A DNA stretch of 64,000 nt from Eledone cirrhosa (Eukaryota), in contig OZ024741.1 of the NCBI GenBank assembly GCA_964016885.1, positions 157,232,001 to 157,296,000 on the forward strand, read 5' to 3'. The position numbers and the translations under genes were made by a program. Positions 38,666 to 53,545 of the stretch are shown here, one piece after another. Numbering within the stretch: the first letter of the stretch is position 1; every line of letters begins with the position of its first letter. Below the pieces are notes generated by a model. The model had not been told where the DNA came from. It saw only the letters and a list, made by a program, of their open reading frames with translations, and made no database searches.

Positions 38666-39017
38666 ATACGATATTAAATAAATGGAAACTATATTTATAA
38701 AACCATATTTATTTCATTATATATATTTCAGGGATATCACATTAAAAATATGGTATGCCTTCTTCAGACAAAATACAATATAAACAGTCTTATAAATAGA
38801 TAGATTTGACATACCTTTCAACTTCATCTTCCATTTAAAAAGTTGATTTGGTAGTGAAAAATGTTAGGGACAGTTATAAAAAGAAAGAAAGAAAAAAGCG
38901 AAGAAAAAGAAGAAATGCATGCAACTAAATAGAGAGAGATAGATATAGAGAAGAAATTCATGTAAAGAAACAGAGAGAAATATATAGAGAGAGGAAAAAA
39001 CACAGAGGGAGATAGAT

Positions 39018-39049
<32 letters not shown>

Positions 39050-40903
39050 AAAAATATAGATAGAGAGAAAGAAAATAGGTAGTTGGGCACCAGTTGATGA
39101 CGTATCAATGATATATTTATTTAGTTAGTTCTAGTATTAAGGTAGAGAGAGATATATGTGGTTAGGAGAGAAAACAGCCGTTACATAGAGAGAAAAGAAA
39201 ATATCCAGACATAAACGAGGCAGATTTAAAACATTATGTTTCATCAATGTAAAAATTAGGTATTATAATGTAAATATCAGTATTCATGAATGAGACACGT
39301 ATCAATAATGTGTGAAAAATAATGATCATATGTCTAGTTTAAAATTCAGAGTTGAGATAAAACTGAGATAAAAAACTGAGATAAAAAACTGAGATAAAAA
39401 AACGGAGATAAAAAAACTGAGATAAAAAACTTCAAAAAAAAAAAAAAAAAAAAAAAATTGAAATACATAAGTATATATGCACTTTCATGAAAAAAGAAAA
39501 AGAAAAAGAAAAAGAAAAAGAAAAAGAAAAAGAAAAAGAAAAAGAAAAAGAAAAAGAAAAAGAAAAAGAAAATAGAAGGTTATCCCAGATTCTATACTAT
39601 AGACTTCCATGTGAATTTACGTGCTCAACTCTGCAAATTCCTATTTCACATGAAAACATTCTCATTGTGCTATAAAAATTCTATTATATATATATGTGTA
39701 CATACACACAAATATATATAGAATCTACATTAATTTTAACAATACTATTCTTGTCTTTACTCTACATGATTATCGTTCAAGCATAAATAAAGAACAGATA
39801 TCAATATATCAATAAAAATATCAAAAAATTAAAAATATTAAAAATAAAACACAATATGCCCCGCAAATCAACCACAGAGATCAACCCTTCAAAAGTTAAT
39901 TGACAATATATTGCCAAGTTCGTTATAAGCATCAGAATCAAAAGCAAACAAAACCAAAATTATTCACCAAATCCTGTCTAGCAGAAATCATTCCAAAAGT
40001 TTAGGATACCCATTTGATCTACAGATGGTCTTATATTTAATATAGAAGTTTATCTAGTGTAAAATTTATTCGATATATTTGGAGCATCAGCTTTTAGGGT
40101 AGTTTAATTATTCATGAAGAATGTTTAAAATAAAAAGAAACCTTAATTTACGGACAAATTTATTCAGTTGCTGCAGACATAGATTGAACTCAACTTTTAA
40201 ATATAAATTTAAAATGTAGTATATTTACTTTGATTTATAATTATTTATGAAACTCGCCGATAAATCTTTCGATTTCTTTTTATTTTAAACTTTCTTCATG
40301 AATAATTAAACTACCCTAAAAGCTGATGCTCCAAATATATCGAATAAATTTTACACTAGATAAACTTCTATATTAAATATAAGACCATCTGTAGATCAAA
40401 TGGGTATCCTAAACTTTTGGAATGATTTCTGCTAGACAGGATTTGGTGAATAATTTTGGTTTTGTTTGCTTTTGATTCTGATGCTTATAACGAACTTGGC
40501 AATATATTGTCAATTAACTTTTGAAGGGTTGATCTCTGTGGTTGATTTGCGGGGCATATTGTGTTTTATTTTTAATATTTTTAATTTTTTGATATTTTTA
40601 TTGATATATTGATATCTGTTCTTTATTTATGCTTGAACGATAATCATGTAGAGTAAAGACAAGAATAGTATTGTTAAAATTAATGTAGATTCTATATATA
40701 TTTGTGTGTATGTACACATATATGTATAATAGAATTTTTATAGCACAATGAGAATGTTTTCATGTGAAATAGGAATTTGCAGAGTTGATCACGTAAATTC
40801 ACATGGAAGTCTATAGTATAGAATCTGGGATAACCTTCTATTTTCTTTTTCTTTTTCTTTTTCTTTTTCTTTTTTCATGAAAGTGCATATATACTTATGT
40901 ATT

Positions 40904-40934
<31 letters not shown>

Positions 40935-41333
40935 GAAGTTTTTTATCTCAGTTTTTTTATCTCAGTTTTTTTATCTCAGTTTTTTTATCTCAGTTTTTTT
41001 AACTCAGTTTTTTATCTCAGTTTTATCTCAACTCTGAATTTTAAACTAGACATATGATCATTATTTTTCACACATTATTGATACGTGTCTCATTCATGAA
41101 TACTGATATTTACATTATAATACCTAATTTTTACATTGATGAAACATAATGTTTTAAATCTGCCTCGTTTATGTCTGGATATTTTCTTTTCTCTCTATGT
41201 AACGGCTGTTTTCTCTCCTAACCACATATATCTCTCTCTACCTTAATACTAGAACTAACTAAATAAATATATCATTGATACGTCATCAACTGGTGCCCAA
41301 CTACCTATTTTCTTTCTCTCTATCTATATTTTT

Positions 41334-41365
<32 letters not shown>

Positions 41366-41803
41366 ATCTATCTCCCTCTGTGTTTTTTCCTCTCTCTATA
41401 TATTTCTCTCTGTTTCTTTACATGAATTTCTTCTCTATATCTATCTCTCTCTATTTAGTTGCATGCATTTCTTCTTTTTCTTCGCGTTTTTCTTTCTTTC
41501 TTTTTATAACTGTCCCTAACATTTTTCACTACCAAATCAACTTTTTAAATGGAAGATGAAGTTGAAAGGTATGTCAAATCTATCTATTTATAAGACTGTT
41601 TATATTGTATTTTGTCTGAAGAAGGCATACCATATTTTTAATGTGATATCCCTGAAATATATATAATGAAATAAATATGGTTTTATAAATATAGTTTCCA
41701 TTTATTTAATATCGTAAATATATTCCAAATACTTGTTGAGTGCTTTTATATCAGTTATAAATATTTACTCGTTGTAACCCAACAATTTAAATAAAACTTT
41801 GCA
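38666..41803 (+). mobile_element. Naiad-type Penelope-like element copy A: last 25 codons plus ~1.6-kb 3' region, preceded by a ~1.45-kb inverted arm
   Basis: Arms 38666-40140 / 40273-41716. Loop 40142-40219 encodes LNLRTNLFSCCRHRLNSTFKYKFKM-stop, nearly identical to the end of copy B. Confidence 0.88.
41608..41673 (+). ncRNA. Minimal type I hammerhead motif in Naiad copy A (mirror copy on - at 38710-38775)
   Basis: TATTTTGT-CTGAAGA-agg..cct-GAAA-TATATATA-ATGAAATA. Stem I is 8 bp with two GU pairs, and stem III is palindromic. Confidence 0.72.
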
Positions 41804-41869
41804 TATATATAAATATATATATATAAATATATATATATATAAATATATATAAATATATATATATATATA

Positions 41870-41901
<32 letters not shown>

Positions 41902-41916
41902 AATATATATAAATAT

Positions 41917-41950
<34 letters not shown>

Positions 41951-42010
41951 CTAAGGCGGGTAAAATTCCCGAGATCCATGGAAGAGTATATATATTTATA
42001 TATATTTATA

Positions 42011-42102
42011 TGTTGGTATAACCCACCATATAATATGGAGGTGGCCACACCATTAGCTAAGATCTTTCTTTCCCTTATTACGAATCATATTCCCCTTACA
42101 CA
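42011..42102 (+). mobile_element. Isolated Naiad ORF fragment from a different subfamily, within (TA)n
   Basis: [31 protein letters not shown] aligns by eye with LWFAPPFSLNIKTPIAKLFFKALDKRFPRTH of copy B. Confidence 0.7.
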
Positions 42103-42108
42103 TATATT

Positions 42109-42224
<116 letters not shown>

Positions 42225-42400
42225 TATACATATTTATATATATATAAATATATATATATTTATATATATTTATATTTATATATATATTTATATATATATT
42301 TATATATATTTATATTTATATATATATTTATATATATTTATATATATTTATATTTATATATATATTTATATATATTTATATTTATATATTTATATATATT

Positions 42401-42433
<33 letters not shown>

Positions 42434-42460
42434 TTATATATATATATATATATTCATATA

Positions 42461-43220
42461 TGCAAAAGTTCTATTTAAAATTGTTGGGTTACAACAAGTA
42501 AATATTTTTATAACTGATATAAAGCACTCGACATGTTTTTGGAGTAGATATACGATATTAATAAATGGAAACTATATTTATAAAACCATATTTATTTCAT
42601 TATACATATTTCAGGGATACCAAATTAAATTATGGTATGCCTTCATCAGACAAAATACAATATATAACAGTTTTACAAATAAGCTTTGACGTACCCTATT
42701 AAAATGCAACCATTGTTTTTGGAAGTCATCCGGATAGTGATTTGTTTATATTACTTTAATAAGTCATAGTGTTAAGGACAATTAGAAAAAGACGGAGAGA
42801 AAGAAAAAACGTGGAGAAATATCGGAGAGAGAGAGATGCATGGAGAAAAAAAGAAAGAGATAAGTAAAGACAGGAGGAAAGGAAGAAAGAAGAAATAAGA
42901 AAAACAGAGGAAAGCAACAGAGAGATATTAAGACAGATAGAAAAACTCAAGAGAGAGAAATGTTATAGAGAGAGAGAGGGAGATTATGAAAACTTTACGT
43001 CATGTCATGTTAAGTTGAGTTAACAATTCATATGAAATGAATAATAAAAATATAAATATTAATATTCATGAATGGGACATAGATATATAATATGAGAGAT
43101 TAAACATTGTTTAATAATGACTATATGTTTAGTTTAAACCTTGAGATCAATATACCAAAATTTGGGTTTAATCTCCAAAATGTACACATTGCTAGAGAAT
43201 AGTATCTCAGGCAAAGACAC

Positions 43221-43318
<98 letters not shown>

Positions 43319-46008
43319 GCACGTCCTGAAAATAGAGATTATATTTACTCAAGTCAACAATATAGACAAATAAAGCGCAGACGATTTCTCTTAATCACTG
43401 CTATACATTCCTTGTGTTATAAAAAGTTCACAGTATATATACACATAAATATATACGATTAACATTCATGACTTCATATATATGATTACCATTCATGCAT
43501 TTAACATTTCTGCAATCCAAACTGCGTGGTTATGCAACATAACTTTTACCCACACATATACATACACACACATATATACATATACACCTATATATGTATA
43601 AATAAATATCTGTGTGCGTCATCAGGCATCGCTCATGTATACATACAGACATATATACAATCATAAAAAACTATAACACTTTTATATGCATGTTAATACA
43701 CACATATACTTTTGTATAGAGATAATCAAATATCAATATATTACTAAGGATTATACTTTGGAAATATAATTATACCAATATAAATTTAAAATACCAAAGG
43801 ATTATATTTTGGAAATACAACTATATCAATACAGTCAAAAGGACAAACGAATTCTAGAAATGTCAAAGCATTAAATAACTTTAAAACACTATAGAGTATC
43901 TTAAGTTAAAATAATGTGTTTCATATATTTAGTATAGAAAATTATCCTACTTATATTTCAATCAAGATATTGAAAGGGAAGCTATCAGAACCAAGGCAAA
44001 ACTAATAAAAATAAATAAAAATAAAATAAAATAAAAGTTAAATAAATATTATATCAATATAATTTAAAAATTTAAAAATCTAAAAACTTCAAAAAATTTC
44101 AAAAAGAATTAAAAAAATGTTTAAAATTTAAAAATTTAAAAGATTTAAAAAACCAAGGATTCTACAGATATCCTTATATTTAGTATAGAAATTTATCCTA
44201 CTTATATTTTCTTAAAGATATTGTAAGTATAGACATTTTAAAGTAGTTTATTATATCTATGTTTATATTTAGGAAGAAAGTTTAAAAAGAAAAAGGTGAA
44301 GGAATCTAATGATTTATCGACAGGTTTTATATATTAACTAAATTACTTAATTAATTATACTACATTTTAAATTTATATTTATATTTAAACGTTGAGTTCA
44401 ATCTATGTCTGCAGCAACTGAATAAATTGTTCCTTAAATTAAGGGAATTTTTGGACTTTAATATAAAGAATATTTCTTCAATACAAAGATCACAATTTTC
44501 TGAAGAGGGATTAAAAGGAGTAGCTTGTGAAATAATATTCCAAGTCAACGAATATTTAACATTATCTCGTTTTAGGTCCCATAGTAGGCTAGATAGCGAA
44601 GTTGAAGATTTTTTCTTTGGATCTGTGAAAGAATTTTAAAGATTATTGAAGCGAAATTTAAATTCAGTCGAGGTAGAACCAACATAGTTAAACGAATTTA
44701 AATTAGTTTTAACATTACAATTGTACACTACATTTTTAGCTAAGCAGTTGTTATTTAACGGACAGTTAGATTTATTTCTACAGTTACAGTTATTCAATTG
44801 AATATTGCTTGGGTTATTATTGGTATTTTGGTTAGGTTTTAAATTTCTATTATTAATTCTATTAATATTTTGTGCTAAATTTTTGGTGGACGAGTAAGTT
44901 AATTTTATAGTGTGTCTATTAAAAATTGAGTAATATTTATGTGTTCTAGGGAAACGTTTGTCAAGAGCTTTAAAGAATAGTTTAGCAATAGGGGTTTTAA
45001 TATTTAGTGAGAAAGGGGGAGCAAACCATAATATGTTTCTAGTTCTATTTCTTTTTCGGCTTTTGGAATTATTGTAATGTTTTCTATTATAGTTGCTAAA
45101 GTTGTTACCATAATTAAAATTGTTATTATTTTGGTTAGTTTACTTATTATTATTATTATCAATGTATTTAATTTCATTTCTATATCCAGCTCTACCTAAC
45201 GCTTCGTTGTAATACTGCGCTTTTTCATCAAATATATTTTTATTAGATGAAATTCTTGAAATTCTTTCTTGAACAGAGTTCACTATAGTGTTTTTAACAG
45301 ATCTGGGGTCGTGCGTGTATATATATATATATATTTGTGTGTCTTTGCCTGAGATACTATTCTCTAGCAATGTGTACATTTTGGAGATTAAACCCAAATT
45401 TTGGTATATTGATCTCAAGGTTTAAACTAAACATATAGTCATTATTAAACAATGTTTAATCTCTCATATTATATATCTATGTCCCATTCATGAATATTAA
45501 TATTTATATTTTTATTATTCATTTCATATGAATTGTTAACTCAACTTAACATGACATGACGTAAAGTTTTCATAATCTCCCTCTCTCTCTCTATAACATT
45601 TCTCTCTCTTGAGTTTTTCTATCTGTCTTAATATCTCTCTGTTGCTTTCCTCTGTTTTTCTTATTTCTTCTTTCTTCCTTTCCTCCTGTCTTTACTTATC
45701 TCTTTCTTTTTTTCTCCATGCATCTCTCTCTCTCCGATATTTCTCCACGTTTTTTCTTTCTCTCCGTCTTTTTCTAATTGTCCTTAACACTATGACTTAT
45801 TAAAGTAATATAAACAAATCACTATCCGGATGACTTCCAAAAACAATGGTTGCATTTTAATAGGGTACGTCAAAGCTTATTTGTAAAACTGTTATATATT
45901 GTATTTTGTCTGATGAAGGCATACCATAATTTAATTTGGTATCCCTGAAATATGTATAATGAAATAAATATGGTTTTATAAATATAGTTTCCATTTATTA
46001 ATATCGTA

Positions 46009-46010
<2 letters not shown>
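42461..46010 (-). mobile_element. Naiad-type Penelope-like element copy B: ~950-nt ORF remnant (44360-45313), 1.9-kb 3' region, ~680-bp inverted arm
   Basis: One frame with two TAA interruptions reads RISRISS..F..YNEAL..AGY, WFAPPF, IFNRHTIKLTYS, CNCRNKSNCPLNNNC, VVY..YVGST..FKFRF (GIY-YIG), W.I..CDLC..E..LN.R..CRH. Arms ~42548-43230 / 45330-46010. Confidence 0.9.
42593..42657 (-). ncRNA. Minimal type I hammerhead motif in Naiad copy B (mirror copy on + at 45902-45966)
   Basis: TATTTTGT-CTGATGA-aggc-ATACCA..TGGTAT-ccct-GAAA-TATGTATA-ATGAAATA. Confidence 0.72.
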
Positions 46011-46077
<67 letters not shown>

Positions 46078-46546
46078 GTCTACAAAATTCCACTCACAAG
46101 GTATTGGTTAACCCAAAGCTCAAATAAATGATAGTCACTCACCCAAGGAGGCACAGAGTGGAACTGAAATAATCACCATCACAAAAAATGGTGCAGTAAA
46201 CTTCTTAACCACACATCCATACATTCTCTTATAAACCTTGTAAGGGAAAAAAAACAATATTTTTTTTAACCTGTTTGATAAACAGGTCTGAAGCTGCTTC
46301 TGGTTCTACAATACAACACTGTTTACTTTAAAGTGTTTATGTTTATCTGAAGACCTTCCATCATAATTCTATGTAAGGAACCTTTGTTAATTTTAATAAT
46401 GAGGAAGTTAATTAATTATTGCTAAATCATTCCAAATTCCAGATTATTTTCAAAATTATAATTCTGGTTGAATTTTTTTTTTTTAAATTGTCTTAGAATA
46501 CAGATTCTAATATGGGATGCAAAACAAACAGAGGGACAAAATTTAC

Positions 46547-46620
46547 CAAGTCCAATACCACGAGTCCATAGATAAGGAATGGAAAAACTGCGATTAGCTT
46601 CCACAGGGATATCTTCCTGC
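46547..46620 (-). CDS. Internal exon of the same unidentified gene (RQEDIPVEANRSFSIPYLWTRGIGL)
   Basis: Acceptor tttatctactacag and donor gtaaat. 74 nt, phase 2 in and phase 1 out, joining in frame (G+AT=Asp) to the 30891 exon. Confidence 0.65.
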
Positions 46621-46959
46621 CTGTAGTAGATAAATATAAGAACATACATGAAACCAAAATACAGAAGAGCTACTACACAGATTAATGGTCTAATACCAAA
46701 TATTGGATTCTATGGAATCTTGCAGATAGTTGTAGTAACAGTGACAGCTGGCAGATCTCAGGGATCTAGCAGATATCAAATAAGGAATCTTCTTTATCAA
46801 GAATATGTGTATGTATATGTGTGCATATGTATATACATGTTTGTGTGTGTTTGTATATATATATATCCAAAATTAAATTAAGGGTGTCATGTCCGAGAGA
46901 CATGCATCATATCCACTGTATGTGTCACTCAATTTCTAGTTGATATATATATATACACA

Positions 46960-47062
46960 TACAAGGTGTCCCAAAAATTGCATACACACTTTGATTACCT
47001 GTACAGGCAATATTTAGTAGAATGCTGTTGAAGTATGTATATATTTTCAGGGACACCCTGTA
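46960..47062. mobile_element. ~100-bp Tc1/mariner MITE
   Basis: TACAAGGTGTCCCAAAAAT ... ATTTTCAGGGACACCCTGTA terminal inverted repeats. Confidence 0.65.
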
Positions 47063-47989
47063 TATAAGTGAAGGAGTGTAGCTTAGTTGTTTAAGTGTTT
47101 GCCTCATGATCATAAGGGTCAGAGTTCGATTTCTGGCAGTGTGTCATAATCCTATATATATATATATAATGTAGGAGGTGAGTTTTATTGTAGCACAATA
47201 AAGCAATGCAAATATCGGATAAGTAGCACTCAACAGTTTATAGGACTGGAGTATATTATATATATATATATATAATATATATATATATATGTTAGATGGT
47301 ATTCATATTACAGACTGTTTCAAGCACAATCTATTTAGCATCCCTGCAAAAGAACCTGCATTCATCAGTTATCCATACTGATTTGCCCAGACTATTGTGA
47401 AATTCCAGTTTTTCACACAGGACAGAGCAACGATGTAAAAATACTTGAAGAATGCATTTTTTTTTTTACAGAGAGGCTAAATAAAATATAGATGAAACAG
47501 TATTTAATATGAACTGTTCATAATATACTTTTCATTCGAACATATTACATTAAACCCTGCAAAACGGCATTGGGTGTTGTCACTTCTTATACACGTTTTT
47601 TTAAAGACTGATAAATATATTATTAGTCAATATATATTAATAATAAACATATTTTGAATAAATAAATATATATGATAGTTATTGCTAACTATTGTTTTTT
47701 TAAATATTTCTATTTTATCAACAATCTAGGTAGATAAAAGACCAATTATATTTTTACTTTACTTAGAAAGTAAAATATGAAACAGATAAAAAGACAGGTA
47801 AACAGACAGGTAAGTAAGTAGGTAAGTAGAATTAAGGTAATGCTCAATGTAACACATCTGAAGAATATATCAGAAGGAAAAAAACGTTTTCAAAAGTGAA
47901 AAGGATTACAGTAACGTAAAGAACCAAGTGAGGAAAAAAACACCTTTTTTTAGAATGTTTTTCTTGTGGAATATTTTAGTAATCCAGAG

Positions 47990-48480
47990 AATGGTGAAAG
48001 ATCCAGCAAGATAACAAGGGAGGAAGGAAAGAAGGGGGGAGGAAAGAATAGGGGGAGGGAGGGAGGGAGGAAGCAAGGTGAAAATGAAAGGAGGTGAGAG
48101 AGGAAAAAGGGGGAGAAATGAAAGATGGGGAGGGAGGAGAGAGGGAGGGAGGGAAGCAGATAGGGGTAAAAAGGAAATGAAGGAGGAAAAGAGGGATAGG
48201 GAGGAAAGGAGGGAGGCAGGAAGGCAAGAGGTAGCAGTAATGGTGGTGGTTGCTGAGCTAATGGCAATGGTCGAGGTGATAGTGACAATGGATTGTGGTA
48301 GCAGTGGTGACAGTGGGTTGTGGTGGTAACAGTGGATGGTGGTGGTGGTGGTGACTGTGGGTGGTAGTGGTTGTGACTGGGTGGTGCTGGTTGTGGTGAT
48401 GACATTGGGTGCTAGTGGTTATGATGACAGTAGGTGCTAGTGGTGTTGGTGACAGTGGGTGGTAGTGGCGATGGTGATAG
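47990..48480. repeat. GA-rich, then (GGT/GTG)-rich low-complexity tract
   Basis: Direct reading. It explains the Pro/His/Thr-rich spurious ORFs. Confidence 0.85.
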
Positions 48481-49859
48481 ATAGCTGGAAATTTCTGAAG
48501 AACAGAAAGTGTTATAGTTGACATTATGAGAGAGAGAGGGGAAGGTAGAGAGATAGACAGGCAGACAGTGAAATAGAGATAGAGGGGAGAAGATTGATGG
48601 TGGTGCAGAAAGATGCTGGTGTTTTCCAATTTGTTAATTAGTCTTTTACTAAAGGTTGGACAACAAAGACAAGGCAAGAAACAAAGTATTTGGGACAATT
48701 TAGAAAGAAAGTTTGGATATGATACATGCCAAATTCTTGAGTGAATGCCAAAATGGCCAAGAAAACAAACAATTCTCAATGAAAGGATGTAAAACATTAA
48801 GAAATATTTAATATACAAGATAAGAATAAAGAAACAAACATAACATTCCCACAAACAATTTTTGAAACTTGTTTGAATAAGGATAATTATTTAACCCTTT
48901 TGTTGGTATTACAGCTGACATCTATGTAGGTTTAGCTAGCCTCATATGAGGAAGCATCTCATAGGAGGTGTCTCAGGTGTTATGATAGAGGCTCTAGTCC
49001 TATCATGTTGGCATTGTTACAACTCATATCTATGTAGGTTTAGCTGACCTGGTCTATAGGTTGTATATCATAGGAGGTTTCTTATGTGTTTAATGATAGA
49101 AGCTCCAGTCCTATTATGAAAAGATTCCCCCTGAACCAAATGCCAGTCTGTTAGAAGAGTTCACTCCTAGCAGTTGCTGTGGGTGATACTCATTTGTGTC
49201 TTTAGCTGAGGGGACTGAAGCATTGTGAAATGTAACATATTGCTCAAGAACACAGCACGCTGTTCAATGCTAATGAGTCTACCTATCCATCACCCTCTTA
49301 TATAGTTATAATAATAAAAATAATTGTTTCTACTTTTGGCACAAGGCGACCAATTACCCCAGTGCATTACTGGTGCTTTATTTTATCGACCCCATAAAGA
49401 TGAAAGCAAAGTTAACCTCGGCAGGATTTGAACTCAGAATGTAAAGGACCATAATTCTATGCTGCAAAGCATGATATGATATTAATAAAAATAATAGGGC
49501 AAAAGATGTTGGAGACATTACAAAAGTTAAAAAAAAACAAACAACTAAACAAACAAGAAAAAAACCCATTATTTTTTATTTTTTCCAACAAAGAGTGAAA
49601 GACATTCTGGCATGCAAAAAGATATTGTAGAAACCAACCAGAAGACAATCTTTCAAAATATTTGAAAGGAAGATAGAAAACAGTTGAAAATGTTGTACAA
49701 TAGAGTCTCAAATGTTAGATAGTTTCATGAAACACAAGCTAAACTCTTATCTCCATCTTTGCAACAAAAGATATCAACAAAACAACTCTTCCCTCTCTCA
49801 ATGTGGAATAGAGATTCTGGAAGGAAGGAGAGGAATATGTGAAGTATGGTAGAGTCTGA

Positions 49860-50700
49860 TATATGGTGTGTGGTGTAGTGTGTGTAGTATAGTGTTGTGT
49901 GTGGTATTGTGTGTGTGTAGCATATGGTATTGTATGGTGTGTAGTATTGTGTGTGTGTAGCATATGGTATTGTATGGTGTGTGGTATTGTGTGTATAGCA
50001 TATGGTATTGTATGGTGTGTGGTATTGTGTGTGTGTAGCATATGGTAGTGTGTGGTGTGTGTGTAGCATGTGGTATTGTATGGTGTGTGGTATTGTGTGT
50101 GTAGCATATGGTATTGTATGGTGTGTGGTATTGTGTGTGTGTAGCATATGGTATTGTATGGTGTGTGGTATTGTGTGTGTGTAGCATATGGTAGTGTGTG
50201 GTGTGTGTGTAGCATGTTGTATTGTATGGTGTGTGGTATTGTATGGTGTGTGGTATTGTGTGTGTAGCATATGGTATTGTATGGTGTGTGTGTAGCATAT
50301 GGTATTGCATGGTGTGTGGTATTGTGTGTGTGTAGCATATGGTATTGTATGGTGTGTGGTGTGTGGTATTGTGTGTGTGTAGCATATGGTATTGTATGGT
50401 GTGTGGTGTGTGTGTAACATGTGGTATTGTGTGTGTAGCATATGGTATTGTATGGTGTGTGGTATTGTGTGTGTGTGTAGCATATGGTATTGTATGGTGT
50501 GTGGTATTGTGTGTGTGGGGCATATGGTGTTTGGTATTGTGTGTGTGTGCGGTATAGTGTAGTGAGTAGAATATGGTATATTGTGGTGTGTAGTAGTGCG
50601 TGGTGTGTATGGTGTATGGTATTGTGTGGTGTATGGTATTGTGTGTGTGTGGTATATACTATAGTGTGGTGTGTGGTATAGTGTAGCATGTGAGGTACGG
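49860..50700. repeat. GT-rich minisatellite (~34-38 nt, TGTGTAGCATATGGTATTGTATGGTGTGTGGTAT)
   Basis: About 20 tandem variants. All three - frames are open because the C/A-rich strand lacks stop codons. Confidence 0.9.
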
Positions 50701-53545
50701 TATAGTGTGGAGAGGTAAGGTATAATGAAGTGTGTGGTGTGACATAGGGTAAAGTATAAAGTCTGTCTTAAGCCAGAAGGCTCATTTGGCCAGTGCTTAT
50801 CCCGGTTTCATGGCATGAAGTGACTGAGAGTACAAGACTCCCCCATCCTGGATGGCACCAGTCTATTGCAGGGTTAAACCCCCAGCTATTGCTGGTACTC
50901 ATTTTCAGTTGAGTATACTGGAGCAACGTGAAATGAAGTGTTTTGCTCAAGAACACAACACGCAGCCCAGGAATCAAATCCACAACATTATGATTGTAAG
51001 TTCAACACCCTTACCACTAGGCCACGTGCCTCCACTAGGGTATAGTGTGGTGTGTGATATATAAGGTACAACATATTGTGATATGTACGAGAGAGTACAA
51101 TCTGAAATGTCAGGTTCAGTATAGGTATAAGAAGAAAGGTATCATGCTACATGGGCAATATGCAAAAGGTTTGTAAATATTTTGAGTAGAGTATAATCTG
51201 TTATGTCAATCCAGGTATTTTACTAGTGCAGATTTGAATGCACTTTTGAACAGGGAAAAAGGTATAGACAACCACCAGTGAGATTTGAACTCAGAATGTA
51301 AAGATACAAAACTAAATATCACAAAGTCCCACATCCTTTCACTAATTTTGTTAATCTGATCCTCAGATTAAATTCTATCATCTTGCAACAAAGTTAATTT
51401 TACAGAGGAACCATTCCATATTTCATTTTATGTCTTATAAAATAGATTTCATTCATATAACTTATATGTACAGAGTTCAACTAAGGATTGACCTTGCTCC
51501 AATCATTCAATCCATGATATCATGAACAGAAGCCCGCCATGGTCCGTAATTACTGATATTGTCAATCAGTCATGATTCTAAGGACCTGATATCAATCCAA
51601 AATTTGATACCATAACTAATATCCAACATATTGTTATTCACTGTCTACTTAACAACAGATAATAGTAGTAGCAGTTGTAAATCTGAATCTAGAAAATTTA
51701 TCACCACTTCACATTGAAAAGACACAGAGATGATTTTATTCCTCATTGGATACTCCGGTATCTACTAGTTTAACCCTTTAGCATTTACTGTATATATACT
51801 ATTGTATTTTTGTGGTAAAGGCTTTATCTTACATAATTATCTCACATAACATCAAATCTACGAGATTTTGATGCTATTTATTTTTAGAACAATACCTTAA
51901 TATCAGTATGAGTGGCCAATTATGGCCAGTTTGAACAGAAAGAGGCGAGAGAATTCTAACCAGATACAGCCGGTTTAAATGTTAAAGGTTTAAGCATTTT
52001 TTAATGAATTAAAGATAAAATATGATGTCCAATAAAGGTTTCAAATTAATTAAAACTGTTTTCATTTTCACTTTAATCCTGTGTTATTTAATGTGCATAC
52101 ATTAGCTATATGGCATTTACACAATTGAAGCATATTTTTCCTACCAAGAGCCTAAAGAAACCTTAAGTTTGATATTTCACAATACAAATGCTAAATATCA
52201 CTTAAGGATTTATAAAGAACCTTTAAACTTAATATTTCAAAATAGAAACCTCAAATATTAGAGGCATATATAGAAACTTTAAACTTGATATTTCATTATA
52301 CGAATTCCAAATATTACTGATAAGCATGTAAATAGCCCTTAAACTTTATAATAAAAAGCAATATATTTTTTTTTAAGTTTTCTTTATTGTACCACACTAT
52401 AGTATTCATAAAAGAATAACATATTAAAGTAGAATCTTCAGAATGTCATGGAGAAGTCTAACTTTACTGTCAAAACCCTGTAGGAACCTCCCTTTCTTTT
52501 TTTTTTTTTTTCTTTTTAGTTTTCATGGACTTCCAAAATTATTATTAGTCTTCATGGACTTCCAAAATTATTAGTGAATCCCTTGGGTTAAACAGTTTTT
52601 TTAAAGAACAATGTGATCGTAATGGCTTCTAACTAAAAAACTGAAATGGTTGGTGCCCATGTTAACCAATTGTGATGCAAAACTACAAACATGTAATGCA
52701 AATGCAACCATATGATGTAACTAATGCATTTAAAACAACAAAACTGCAGAACTTTTTTGTAGCATATGCATCAAATTCTGTGGAAGGCAAAAGGTAAACA
52801 ATGTAGGTGACAGTGAAAGTAAATGTTTTTAGTGATAACCACAACAACAACAACAACAACAACAAAAACATTATCTCCCTTTGTCATCATTATCTTCATC
52901 ATCAATAATATTAATAATTACATTGCTATAAGGCCAACAACAAGCACACAGATATAAACAATAACAACATTAATAACAACACTGTCTCTTCTTTGTTGTC
53001 ATCATCACCAATATTAACAACAATCTCATTGTAACAACAAGAACAACAATGACAATAACAACATGGTTTACTTTGTCACCATCAACATCAGTATCGACAC
53101 TGATCGCTCTCTCTCCCTCTCTTCCTGGAATAATCAGATTTCAAATCTGACAGTATTTCATTAGAGAGATTTTCAATCATATAATGACTGGCACAGAGAC
53201 AAAAAGAACTAGAACAACTTCATAACAAAAATTGTTTTGAACTTAGGCACAAAAGGCCAGCATTTTGCAGGAAGACTGAAAGTTCTAATGGAGCAGAGAT
53301 GGGCAAGATGAAGAGGAATGTTCTAAAATATAACAAACAAAAATGTCACAACCCAACCTATCACCCCAAATTAGCACAAAAGCAACAACTGAAGGAACAA
53401 ATAAACAACACACATACACATATATATATACATAAACATACATACATATATATACATAAACATACATACATATATATACATAAACATACATACATATATA
53501 TATGGAATGTAGAGAAGTGATGCATAAGTTGATATATATAAAAAA

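Noticed and set aside
44360-45313. Selenocysteine-encoding Naiad (in-frame UGA at Cys positions)
   Set aside because: The conserved Cys codons are intact and the two interruptions are TAA at non-Cys positions, so this is ordinary decay.
49725-50689. His/Thr/Tyr-rich 240-316 aa ORFs
   Set aside because: All three frames are open on a minisatellite strand, with no splice context or codon evidence.
52753-52777. 25-nt - strand microexon (xFDAYATKK) after a good ccttccacag acceptor
   Set aside because: It is phase-compatible with the neighbouring exons, but the donor (GTTCTG) is too weak to call without RNA data.
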